From: Endomicrobiia bacterium
GTDB lineage: Bacteria; Elusimicrobiota; Endomicrobiia; DTEH01
NCBI GenBank assembly: GCA_039630545.1
Contig: JBCNUU010000001.1
Coordinates: forward strand, 128,001 to 192,000
Direction: 5' to 3'
Length of the DNA stretch: 64,000 bases
Shown piece by piece: positions 39,339 through 48,750 of this stretch (the first letter of the stretch is position 1; the number at the start of each line of letters is the position of its first letter). Made by a program: the position numbers and the translations under genes. The notes under the pieces were generated by a model. It did no database searches, was not told where the DNA came from, and was given only the letters and a program-made list of their open reading frames with translations.

Positions 39339-41135
39339 ATGATTTCTACATGGGATTTAAAATTTTTACCAACAGATAAATATCCTAATAGGTATAGATT
39401 AAGGGTTAAGTGTTCTGCAGAAGATTTGGAAGAGTTATGTAATTTTCTTAAAGAAGACCTAAACTTAGACATATCACCTCCTTTTAATGTTTTATCTTCA
39501 AATTATAATATAGGAATTTTTATATATGAATTACCACTAGAAACTAAAAATAAACTTGTAGATAAACTATTTTCTATTTGTAAAAGTGGTACAGTAGATG
39601 AAGGAATTTCTTCCAAAGAAGAAAATCAAGAAGAGAAATCTTCTAAAAAAGAATCTTTTCCTGACGAACTAAGCAGTGTCCTTGCCGATTTGGTTGAACA
39701 ACTAAGTTCAAAAGCAGTTGAAGAAGATAGCTCATCCAAGCAAAATATCTTCAATGGGATGCCTTTGAATCCTAAATATACTTTTGAAAATTTTGTAGTA
39801 GGTGCAAGCAATAGATTTACTCATGCTGCTGCTTTAGCAGTTGCTGAAAATCCAGGAAAAGCATACAATCCCTTATTTATATATGGTGGTGTTGGTTTAG
39901 GTAAAACACATCTTATGCAGGCAATAGGACATTATATAAAAAAGAAACGTCCATTACTAAAAGTAGTTTATATCCCATCTGATAAGTTCGTTACTCAGGT
40001 AATAGAAGCTATCCGTTCCGGTAATATTCAAATGTTAAGGGATGCTTATATGAGGGTAGATGTATTATTAGTGGATGATGTTCAGTTTATGGCTAGTTCA
40101 GAATCTACACAAGAAGAGTTTTTTCATATTTTCAACACTTTGCATCAGTATGGAAAACAAATTGTTCTTACAAGTGACAGACCTCCCAAACTTTTATCCA
40201 CACTTGAGGATAGATTACGTTCTAGGTTTGAATGGGGACTTATTGCAGATATAAAATCACCTTCTTTAGAAACAAGGGTAGCTATTCTTAAAAAGAAAGG
40301 AGAAGAAGAAAAGGTTAATGTTGATGATAATATTCTTTTATATATTGCATCAAAATTGAAATCAAATATAAGAGAACTTGAAGGTTTCTTAAAAAGAATA
40401 ACAGCATATGCTCATTTAAACAATGTGCCTATAAATATGGAGCTGGTTAAACAGTTAATGAGCGAACTTTTACCAGAAGAAGAACTCACAGAAGAAGAAA
40501 AAGCATTATCTGAAACAAGAAAAGAAAAAATAGAAGAAAAATCTAAAGAAGAACCCAAAGTTTCAGTAGCGCAAGAAGCTGCTTCTAAGAATAAACAAAA
40601 AGAACCTCAAACTATTTCTCTTGAAGAAATATACAGTTCAACACAACCTCCACTTCAACCTCAAACTCCACAGGTTTCTTCCGAAACAGTTGCTTCAAGA
40701 TCATCTGCACCAGATGAACAGAAATTGTATCAAGAGTATGAAGCAGAAACAAATGTAATTGAGGCTGCATTTTTCTATCCTGAAGGTAAAACTGAAGAAC
40801 TTAATATAGTAAAACAAAAATTTACTGAAGTTATTAAAAAACATAATTTAAAATATAAATTGGCTACAGCTTTTGATAGACCATACATGTTAGAAAATAT
40901 AAACTATAGATTATTTATAGAACTATGTAAGACAAACAAAGTAAATATATGTATAGTTATATCACCTCCGCCCAATAGTAATCTCTCTGCAGAAGAATTC
41001 TATAATAATCTTTTACCATTAGCAGAATCAGAAGGTATTAGATTGGAATACATTAACTGGAAGGAAATAACAAAAGAATACAGATACCTAAATCTCGCCT
41101 TGGATATAGCCCTATCAAAATTTAAGATGTTTTAG
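39339..41135 (+). CDS. DnaA-family AAA+ ATPase paralog lacking DnaA domains I and IV
   Basis: [68 protein letters not shown]; no RQIAMYL or GRDHTTV domain IV motifs. Confidence 0.9.
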   Translation: MISTWDLKFLPTDKYPNRYRLRVKCSAEDLEELCNFLKEDLNLDISPPFNVLSSNYNIGIFIYELPLETKNKLVDKLFSICKSGTVDEGISSKEENQEEKSSKKESFPDELSSVLADLVEQLSSKAVEEDSSSKQNIFNGMPLNPKYTFENFVVGASNRFTHAAALAVAENPGKAYNPLFIYGGVGLGKTHLMQAIGHYIKKKRPLLKVVYIPSDKFVTQVIEAIRSGNIQMLRDAYMRVDVLLVDDVQFMASSESTQEEFFHIFNTLHQYGKQIVLTSDRPPKLLSTLEDRLRSRFEWGLIADIKSPSLETRVAILKKKGEEEKVNVDDNILLYIASKLKSNIRELEGFLKRITAYAHLNNVPINMELVKQLMSELLPEEELTEEEKALSETRKEKIEEKSKEEPKVSVAQEAASKNKQKEPQTISLEEIYSSTQPPLQPQTPQVSSETVASRSSAPDEQKLYQEYEAETNVIEAAFFYPEGKTEELNIVKQKFTEVIKKHNLKYKLATAFDRPYMLENINYRLFIELCKTNKVNICIVISPPPNSNLSAEEFYNNLLPLAESEGIRLEYINWKEITKEYRYLNLALDIALSKFKMF

Positions 41136-41198
41136 GCCTTTTTTTTCATTTCATAAACTATTGATTTATAATCATAAATTTCTTAAAAATTATGAATT

Positions 41199-42959
41199 AT
41201 GAAATTAACAAATTTTTATTTACCAACATTAAGGGAACCGCCAAGTGAGTGTGATATAATTTCTTCTAAGCTAATGTTTAGAGCAGGTATGATAAGAAAA
41301 CTTGCCAGTGGTATATATGAGTATTTGCCACTTGGTTTAAGGGTTCTTAAGAAGATAGAGCAAATAATACGTGAAGAGATGGATAGAATAGGTGGTCTTG
41401 AAGTGTGGCTTCCTCATCTTTTGCCTCGGGATATATGGGAGCAGACAGGTAGATGGCAACTATACGGTAAAGAACTTTTTAGATTAAAAGACAGAAAAAA
41501 CGCCGATTTTTGTTTATCTCCTACAGCTGAAGAAGTTATAACACATCTTATAAGAAATGAAATGCGTTCTTATAAACAATTACCAAAAATGTTTTATCAA
41601 TTTGGTACAAAATTTAGAGATGAAATAAGACCAAGATTTGGAGTAATAAGAGCCAGAGAATTCTATATGAAAGATGCTTATTCTTTTCATAAAGATGAAA
41701 AAGATGCGGAAGAGTTTTACCAGAAGGTTTTTGATGCCTATTGTAGAATTTTTAAAAGATGTGGATTAAATTTTGTTGCGGTAGAGGCATCTACAGGGGC
41801 TATTGGAGGCAAATTTTCTCATGAGTTCATGGTTGTCAAGGAAAAAGATCCTGATTTTGTGGGTGAAGAGACAATAGTGTTTTGTTCTAATTGTGGTTAT
41901 TCTGCAAATATAGAAAAAGCAAAGTGCATATATGAAGATACTACTGAAAAGTTTTTGAAAATGGAAGAATTATGCGAAGTGTTTACTCCGGGTATGAAGA
42001 CAGTGGAAGAAGTAGCCGGTTTTTTGAAGGAATCTAAAGATAAATTTATTAAAACTTTAGTGTATAAAGAAGAAACACAAAATTATGTGTATTTAGTTCT
42101 TATTAGAGGTGATTATGAAGTAAACGAAGCAAAACTTAAAGAAGTTTTGTCATTGTCAGATATTAAGTTGGTAGAACCACAGGAGGTGGAAGAAATCTTT
42201 GGTGTTCCTGTGGGTTTTTTAGGACCTGTTAATTTAAATATTGTCAATAAAAAGTATGTAGTTAAGACTGTAGCAGATGAGTCTGTGAAATATATAATGA
42301 ATGGTATTTCTGGAGCAAATAAAAAAGATTATCATTTAAAGAATATAAATTATCAAAAAGATTTTACTGTAGATATAGTTGCTGATATTAGAAATATTAC
42401 TAAAGAAGATTTATGTCCTGTATGTAGAAATAAGAGTACTTTAAATTTTTCAAAAGGGATAGAAGTTGGTCATACTTTCAAATTAGGTACAAAATACTCA
42501 AAGTCGATGGAAGCCACTTTTCTTGATGAAAATAATAATCAGAAGTACTTTGTCATGGGATGTTATGGGATTGGTGTTTCAAGAATTATAGCAGCAGCTA
42601 TAGAACAAAATCATGATGATAAAGGGATTATCTGGTATCCTGAGATTGCTCCATTTTTAGTATATATATTGCCTATTGATTATAGTGATCCCCAGATCAA
42701 AAATATTACTGATAAACTCTATAACTTATTGTTAGACAACAATATAGAAACAATCTTAGATGACAGAGATGAACGGCCAGGAGTAAAATTTAAAGATGCG
42801 GATCTTATAGGAATACCTCTAAGAATAACTATAAGTAAAAAACTACTTCCATCAAAAGTTGAATTATATTTTAGAAAAAACTCTGAGAAAGAAGTTGTGG
42901 AGTTGGATGGTATAATAGATAAAATTAAAAAAACACTTGCTTCATTAAAAAATTTTTAA
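41199..42959 (+). CDS. proS: Proline--tRNA ligase (bacterial type with editing insertion)
   Basis: PTLRE, KFRDEIRPRFG..RAREF.MKDAYSF, GIEVGH.F.LG, MGCYGIG. Confidence 0.98.
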   Translation: MKLTNFYLPTLREPPSECDIISSKLMFRAGMIRKLASGIYEYLPLGLRVLKKIEQIIREEMDRIGGLEVWLPHLLPRDIWEQTGRWQLYGKELFRLKDRKNADFCLSPTAEEVITHLIRNEMRSYKQLPKMFYQFGTKFRDEIRPRFGVIRAREFYMKDAYSFHKDEKDAEEFYQKVFDAYCRIFKRCGLNFVAVEASTGAIGGKFSHEFMVVKEKDPDFVGEETIVFCSNCGYSANIEKAKCIYEDTTEKFLKMEELCEVFTPGMKTVEEVAGFLKESKDKFIKTLVYKEETQNYVYLVLIRGDYEVNEAKLKEVLSLSDIKLVEPQEVEEIFGVPVGFLGPVNLNIVNKKYVVKTVADESVKYIMNGISGANKKDYHLKNINYQKDFTVDIVADIRNITKEDLCPVCRNKSTLNFSKGIEVGHTFKLGTKYSKSMEATFLDENNNQKYFVMGCYGIGVSRIIAAAIEQNHDDKGIIWYPEIAPFLVYILPIDYSDPQIKNITDKLYNLLLDNNIETILDDRDERPGVKFKDADLIGIPLRITISKKLLPSKVELYFRKNSEKEVVELDGIIDKIKKTLASLKNF

Positions 42960-42980
42960 TATAAACACAATTTACTTACT

Positions 42981-43478
42981 ATGAGTAAAAATGAAATAAT
43001 AGAAAAAGTAAAAGAGGTAATTTCTCCAGTTTTAGAATCAGGTGGATATGAATTAGTAGATATAGAATATGATTTATCACAAGAAGGAAGAGTTTTAAGG
43101 ATATATATAGATAAAGATGGTGGTGTCAAAATCAAAGATTGTGAAACAGTAACTGCAATGGTTTTGACTGTATTAGATACTCATAAGATAATTGAAGAGG
43201 ATTATTTCATAGAAGTTTCATCCCCTGGAATATATCGTGAGTTAAAAAAAGAAAAAGATTTTTTAAGATATATAGGACATAGAATAAAAGTAAAATTATA
43301 CAATTCAATGGAATTGCCTCAGTTTGGTAAGCAGAAAGTTTTTTTTGGTAAATTAAAAGATTTTAAAAATAATACTTTGTGGATCGTCTTGGATAACAAC
43401 TTAGAAATATGTTTTGATATGAGTATAGTTGCGAAGGTAAATTTAGAACCAGACATTTCTATTTTATTTGATAAATAA
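42981..43478 (+). CDS. rimP: Ribosome maturation factor RimP
   Basis: LRIYIDKDGGV...DC, Y.IEVSSPG..R.L; precedes nusA. Confidence 0.95.
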   Translation: MSKNEIIEKVKEVISPVLESGGYELVDIEYDLSQEGRVLRIYIDKDGGVKIKDCETVTAMVLTVLDTHKIIEEDYFIEVSSPGIYRELKKEKDFLRYIGHRIKVKLYNSMELPQFGKQKVFFGKLKDFKNNTLWIVLDNNLEICFDMSIVAKVNLEPDISILFDK

Positions 43479-43488
43479 CTTTAAATCT

Positions 43489-44562
43489 ATGACAGAAATA
43501 AAACTTGAAGATATATTACCAGCATTAGAACAAATAGAAAAGTTGCATAAAATACCTCGTGAGGAGGTTATAAAGTCTATAGAATCAGCTATAACTTCAG
43601 CTGCTAACAAATTTTTTGGTTCCGAATATAAAATCGTAACTAACATAGATTTTAACAGCGGTACTGGAGTGCAAACTTTTATCATTAAAAAAGTTGTTGA
43701 AAAAATTACTGATGAAAAACAAGAAATTTCTTTAGAAGAGGCAAAAAAATATAATTCTCAAGCTAAAATAGGAGATGAAGTAAAAATTTTAGTAAATAAT
43801 GCTTCTTTTAGCAGGTTAGCTGCTCAGTCTGCTAAGAAGATTATTTTACAAAAACTCCGTGAAAGTTACAAAAAGAATATCTTTGAGGAATATAAATCAA
43901 AAGTAGGTGAAATAGTATCAGCAAATGTGTATGCTATAAAAGGCAAAACCATTATATTAGAAGTGATGGGAAATATTGAAGGAATAATTCCACAGAGGGA
44001 ACAGGTGTTTAAAGAGAAATTTAGAATAGGACAAACAATAAAAGTATTAATAAAAGATGTTGAAAAAACAAAAAAAGGTATAAGAATAATAGCATCCAGA
44101 TTTGACAAAGATTTTATTAAAAAACTTTTTATGTCTGAAATCCCAGAGATAAAAGAAAATGTAATAGAAATAGTAGAAATTGTCCGTGCAGCTGGACATA
44201 GGACAAAAATAGTATTAAAATCAAATAATCCTAAAGTGGATCCTGTAGGATCTTGTGTTGGAGTAAAAGGTTCAAGAATAAAACCAATAATTGATGAATT
44301 ACAAGGAGAAAAAATAGATTTGATACCATATACCGATAATATTACAAAATTCATACTTTATTCCTTAGCTCCATGGAAAGTAGAAAAAGTAGAAGTAGAA
44401 GATGCTGACAAAAAAATAGCGAATGTTTATTTGTCTAAGGATTTTTACGAAACTGTTAGTGACAAAGCTAACATTAATCTTAATCTTGCTAAGGAATTAA
44501 CAGGTTGGGAGATAAAGATATATCCTTTAGAAACTAATGTAGATACTAAAAAAAATGAATAA
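43489..44562 (+). CDS. nusA: Transcription termination/antitermination factor NusA
   Basis: FSRLAAQSAK, S1 domain, EIPEI, R.AG.RTK, DPVGSCVG..GSRI, LTGWEI. Confidence 0.93.
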   Translation: MTEIKLEDILPALEQIEKLHKIPREEVIKSIESAITSAANKFFGSEYKIVTNIDFNSGTGVQTFIIKKVVEKITDEKQEISLEEAKKYNSQAKIGDEVKILVNNASFSRLAAQSAKKIILQKLRESYKKNIFEEYKSKVGEIVSANVYAIKGKTIILEVMGNIEGIIPQREQVFKEKFRIGQTIKVLIKDVEKTKKGIRIIASRFDKDFIKKLFMSEIPEIKENVIEIVEIVRAAGHRTKIVLKSNNPKVDPVGSCVGVKGSRIKPIIDELQGEKIDLIPYTDNITKFILYSLAPWKVEKVEVEDADKKIANVYLSKDFYETVSDKANINLNLAKELTGWEIKIYPLETNVDTKKNE

Positions 44563-46525
44563 AAAAAGTACCAAAAAAGACATAGATAAAATTAAAAAGA
44601 CAATTGTTGATAAGAAGAAAAAAGAAAAAAAAACTTTGCCTAAAAAAAACAATCTCAAGTCTTCTACAACGCTTTCTCGTAAACGAGAAGTATCACAGAA
44701 GTTGTTAACTATAAAGTTAACTAAGGAAGGCATTTCTCCCCAGGAAATTTCAGAGATTATAAAAGAACCTGTCAATAAAATCATTACAGAGTTGATAAGC
44801 TTAGGAGTAATAGTTTCTGCCACACAGAAAATTACTGATAAAGATACTCTTGAATTATTATTTATTCAGTTAGGAAAAAAAATAAAATTTGAAGAGGTTG
44901 TGGAAGCAAAAGAAGAGATTACTATTGAAGAAAAAGAAATTAAAGAAATTAAGGTAGAAGAACCAAAAATAGAAAAAAAACCAAAAGTAGAACAAGTTAA
45001 AAAAGAAATACCTCCTAATTTTGTTAAAAAAATTCCTGTAGTCACAGTAATGGGACATGTAGACCATGGCAAAACTACTTTATTGGATACAATTAGAAAA
45101 ACTAATGTTGTTTCACAGGAATACGGAGCTATTACTCAACATATTGGAGCTTATAAAGTTAAGTATAAAGAGAATTTTATAACTTTCATAGATACTCCGG
45201 GCCACGAAGCTTTTTATGCTATAAGAGCAAGAGGTGCTAAAGTTACTGATATTGTAGTTTTAATAGTAGCAGGTGATGAGGGGATTAAACCCCAAACTAT
45301 TGAATGTATAAATCATATAAAATCTGCTAATGTTCCCTTTATAGTTGCTGTTAACAAAATAGATTTACCACAGTGTAATGTAAACAATGTTAAAAAACAG
45401 TTTTCTGATTTAGGGATTATACCAGCAGATTGGGGGGGAGATGTTGAGTTTGTAGAGATTTCTGCAAGAAACAACATTAACATAGACAGGTTATTAGAAA
45501 TAATAATTGCTCAAACTGAACTAATGGAGTTATATTCACCAATTGATGTTCCTTGTGAAGCTGTGGTAATTGAAACTAAGTTTGATCAAAAAAAAGGATT
45601 TTTAGCCACTGTAATAGTCAACAAAGGCAAATTGAAAATAGGAGAAAGTTTTATATGTGGTTATTCATATGGGAAGGTAAGATCTATTTTTGATGAAAAT
45701 GGTCAAAAGTTAAATGAGTTAAATCCCGGAGAACCTGGAGAAATTTTTGGTTTTGAAGTTTTGGCTAATGCCGGAGATATTTTAAAAGTCGTAAAAGATG
45801 AAAAAGAAGCAAAAAGGATATATGAAGAACTTGAGGCTCAAAGGAAGATACAATTAAGTAAAACAAAAAGACATCTTACTATAGAAGATGTGATATCTGG
45901 TAAAAGAAATGTTTTAAGTTTAGTTATAAAAGCAGATACTCAGGGTTCTTTAGAAGCTATACTAAAGATGTTAAATAATTTATCAGAGGAACTTAAAAAT
46001 TCTGCGGAACTTCCGGAGCTAAAGATATGTCATTCTTCTGTAGGAGAAATAAAAGAATCCGATGTATTACTTGCTACAACAAGTGACGCTATAATAATAG
46101 GTTTTAATGTGAGACCCAATATTCAAGCTTTAAAAGACGCTAAACATGAAGGTATTGAGATAAGAACTTATAGGTTAATTTATGAACTTATAGATGACAT
46201 AAGAAAAACACTGCAGCGTTTAGAAATAAAAAAAGAAACAGAAGAGTTTTTAGGAAGAGCAAGAATTAAAAAAATTTTCGAGATTTCCAAAGTAGGAAAA
46301 ATAGCTGGATGCATAGTGGAGGAAGGCAAAATTGTAAGAAATTCAAAGGTAAGAATTTTGAGAGATAATGTTATTATAGGTGAGACAAAAATTATTTCTT
46401 TAAAACATTTCAAAGAAGATGTGAAAGAAATTCAGCAAGGATATGAATGTGGTATTGGACTTGAAAACTTTCAAAACATAAAAGAAAACGATGTGATAGA
46501 ATGTTATCAAATTGTAATTAAATAA
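44555..46525 (+). CDS. infB: Translation initiation factor IF-2
   Basis: VTVMGHVDHGKTTLLD, ITQHIGA, DTPGHEAF, NKID, KADTQGS, GYECG. Confidence 0.97.
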   Translation: MNKKSTKKDIDKIKKTIVDKKKKEKKTLPKKNNLKSSTTLSRKREVSQKLLTIKLTKEGISPQEISEIIKEPVNKIITELISLGVIVSATQKITDKDTLELLFIQLGKKIKFEEVVEAKEEITIEEKEIKEIKVEEPKIEKKPKVEQVKKEIPPNFVKKIPVVTVMGHVDHGKTTLLDTIRKTNVVSQEYGAITQHIGAYKVKYKENFITFIDTPGHEAFYAIRARGAKVTDIVVLIVAGDEGIKPQTIECINHIKSANVPFIVAVNKIDLPQCNVNNVKKQFSDLGIIPADWGGDVEFVEISARNNINIDRLLEIIIAQTELMELYSPIDVPCEAVVIETKFDQKKGFLATVIVNKGKLKIGESFICGYSYGKVRSIFDENGQKLNELNPGEPGEIFGFEVLANAGDILKVVKDEKEAKRIYEELEAQRKIQLSKTKRHLTIEDVISGKRNVLSLVIKADTQGSLEAILKMLNNLSEELKNSAELPELKICHSSVGEIKESDVLLATTSDAIIIGFNVRPNIQALKDAKHEGIEIRTYRLIYELIDDIRKTLQRLEIKKETEEFLGRARIKKIFEISKVGKIAGCIVEEGKIVRNSKVRILRDNVIIGETKIISLKHFKEDVKEIQQGYECGIGLENFQNIKENDVIECYQIVIK

Positions 46526-46878
46526 TGAAGAATTTTCTTTACAGAACATATAGAGTAAGAAAGCAACTTCATAGAGAAATAGCTAATATAATTTCTAACT
46601 TAAAAGATCCAAGAGCTAACAACATTACTATTACTGAAGTTGAACTTTCATCAGATCTTAGAACTGCGAAAATATATTATACTGTGATTGGTAATAATAT
46701 TCAGGATATAAAAGAGATGTTTAATTCGGCTAAAGGTTTTATTAGAAGTTCTTTAGCGCAAAAGTTAAATCTTAAACATGCGGTTGACATAGAATTTATT
46801 TATGATAAATTTTTAGAAAAAGCTTTTAGAGTTATCACAATTTTAGATAAAATTAAAGATGAAGAAAGTAACAAGTAA
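46525..46878 (+). CDS. rbfA: Ribosome-binding factor A
   Basis: KDPR, ITITEVELSSDLRTAKIY, AKGFIR; follows infB. Confidence 0.93.
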   Translation: MKNFLYRTYRVRKQLHREIANIISNLKDPRANNITITEVELSSDLRTAKIYYTVIGNNIQDIKEMFNSAKGFIRSSLAQKLNLKHAVDIEFIYDKFLEKAFRVITILDKIKDEESNK

Positions 46879-47854
46879 AGAAGCAAAAAAGTTCTTTGAA
46901 TTAGTAAAAAATTCAAAAAGTATCCTTATTATAGGTCATGAATTTCCAGATGCTGATGTAGTTGGAAGTGCTTTAGCTATTTTCTTATTTATAAATAAAC
47001 TTTATCCAGAGAAGAAAATAGATATATATTCAAAAGATAAAATACCCGAATATTTAAAGTTTCTACCTGAAATAGATAAAATAAAAATAATAAGAAAAGT
47101 TCCACATTATAAAAAATATGATCTTGGTATCATGCTTGAATGTATAGATAAATCTAGGATAGGAGATATAATAGAATTTTCTCAACTTCGTTATATAGTG
47201 AATATAGATCATCATTTAAATAATCAGAATTTTTCAGATAGAAATTTCTTAAATATTGTATACACTGAATATGCTTCATGTGCTGAGATTGTTTTTGACA
47301 TATTTAAATTAAATAAAGTTAAACTTAACAAAGAGATGGCTTTATGTATATATGTAGGGATTCTTACCGATACTGGAATGTTCCAGTGGACAAATACTAA
47401 TAGACATACTTTTACTACTGCAGCTGAACTTCTTTTATATGGGATAGAACCATATTTTGTTTATAAAAGTTTGTTTAGAAATAAAAGCTACGAAAGTATG
47501 TTGCTTTTGAGTAAAGCACTGTCTACTATGAAGTTTGAAAAAATAAAAAATTATAAGGTAGGCACAATGCAAGTAACACAGAAGATGCTAAAACAAACAA
47601 AAACTACTTTGCGGGATACAGAAAATTTTATAAATTTTATAATGGATGTATCTAACACAAATATAGGAATTTTATTTAAAGAAGAAGAAAAAAATTCAAT
47701 AAAGGTAAGTTTCAGGTCAGATGTAGTTGATGTTGAAAAAATATGTAAAAATTGGGGAGGTGGAGGGCATAAATCTGCTGCTGGAGCGATGATAAAAGGT
47801 AACATCGAAAAAGTTAGAGTTGAAGTTTTAAACTACTTAAGAAAAATATTGTAA
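46859..47854 (+). CDS. nrnA: DHH/DHHA1 phosphoesterase (NrnA-like)
   Basis: H..PDAD..GS, IDHH, TDTG.F, SFRS, GGGGH..AAG. Confidence 0.92.
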   Translation: MKKVTSKEAKKFFELVKNSKSILIIGHEFPDADVVGSALAIFLFINKLYPEKKIDIYSKDKIPEYLKFLPEIDKIKIIRKVPHYKKYDLGIMLECIDKSRIGDIIEFSQLRYIVNIDHHLNNQNFSDRNFLNIVYTEYASCAEIVFDIFKLNKVKLNKEMALCIYVGILTDTGMFQWTNTNRHTFTTAAELLLYGIEPYFVYKSLFRNKSYESMLLLSKALSTMKFEKIKNYKVGTMQVTQKMLKQTKTTLRDTENFINFIMDVSNTNIGILFKEEEKNSIKVSFRSDVVDVEKICKNWGGGGHKSAAGAMIKGNIEKVRVEVLNYLRKIL

Positions 47855-48741
47855 TGCAAAAAGCTGGTGTTGCTACGATTGGTTTTTTTGACGGAGTTCA
47901 TCTGGGACATCAGAAATTGATATCTATAGTTAAAAAAGTAGCTGCGGCTTCTAACTACAAAAGTATTCTTTTTACTTTTAATAAAACTTTAAAATCTGAA
48001 AATTTGATTTATAGTTTTAGAAAAAAGATTGAGATTTTAAAATCATGTAATTTGGACAAAATTATTGTACTTGATTTTTGGAAAATAAAAAATTTAACAC
48101 CTCAGATGTTCTTTGAAAAATTTATAATAAAAAATAAAATTAAACTAGTTATTGTAGGCAGAAATTTTAGATTTGGGAAAGACGCATCTGGCGGAACAAA
48201 AGAGTTGATAGAATTATCACATAAATACAAAGTTTCTTTAGGAATAATCAAAAATGTTAAAATTAAGTTGAACACAAAATCCTATTCCGTATCTTCATCA
48301 ATGATAAGGAATAAAATATTAAAAAGTAAATTTGAATATGTCAACAAACTCCTTAATAGGGATTATTATATTGAGGGCTTTGTTACAAAAGGATATGGGA
48401 TTGGCAGTAAGCTTCTGGGTGTTCCTACTTTGAATATTTCACCTAAAAATCTTGTGTTACCCAGAGGTGTAATTTTAGGTATAACAGAGATAGACCAAAA
48501 AAAATTTTACTCAATTGCAAATTTTGGATTCGCTCCTACTTTTAAAAAAAAGTATTTTTCTGTGGAGATACATATTTTGAACAAAAGTATTAATATCAAA
48601 AATAATAGGACAATAAAATTTTATCCTATAAAAAAAATAAGAAATGAAAAATTTTTTTCTTCAGTTTCGTCTCTTAAAAAGTGTATTCTAAATGATATTA
48701 AAAAAGCTTCGCTTTTTTTTCGGTCATATAAAATTGATTAA
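47854..48741 (+). CDS. ribF: Bifunctional riboflavin kinase/FAD synthetase
   Basis: IG.FDGVHLGHQ, VG.NFRFG, SSS.IR, G.PTLN, EIHIL, IR.E..F. Confidence 0.93.
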   Translation: MQKAGVATIGFFDGVHLGHQKLISIVKKVAAASNYKSILFTFNKTLKSENLIYSFRKKIEILKSCNLDKIIVLDFWKIKNLTPQMFFEKFIIKNKIKLVIVGRNFRFGKDASGGTKELIELSHKYKVSLGIIKNVKIKLNTKSYSVSSSMIRNKILKSKFEYVNKLLNRDYYIEGFVTKGYGIGSKLLGVPTLNISPKNLVLPRGVILGITEIDQKKFYSIANFGFAPTFKKKYFSVEIHILNKSINIKNNRTIKFYPIKKIRNEKFFSSVSSLKKCILNDIKKASLFFRSYKID

Positions 48742-48750
48742 GGAGGAAAT

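Noticed and set aside
39339..41198. Canonical dnaA / oriC
   Set aside because: No domain IV, no dnaN, and no DnaA-box cluster in the flanks.
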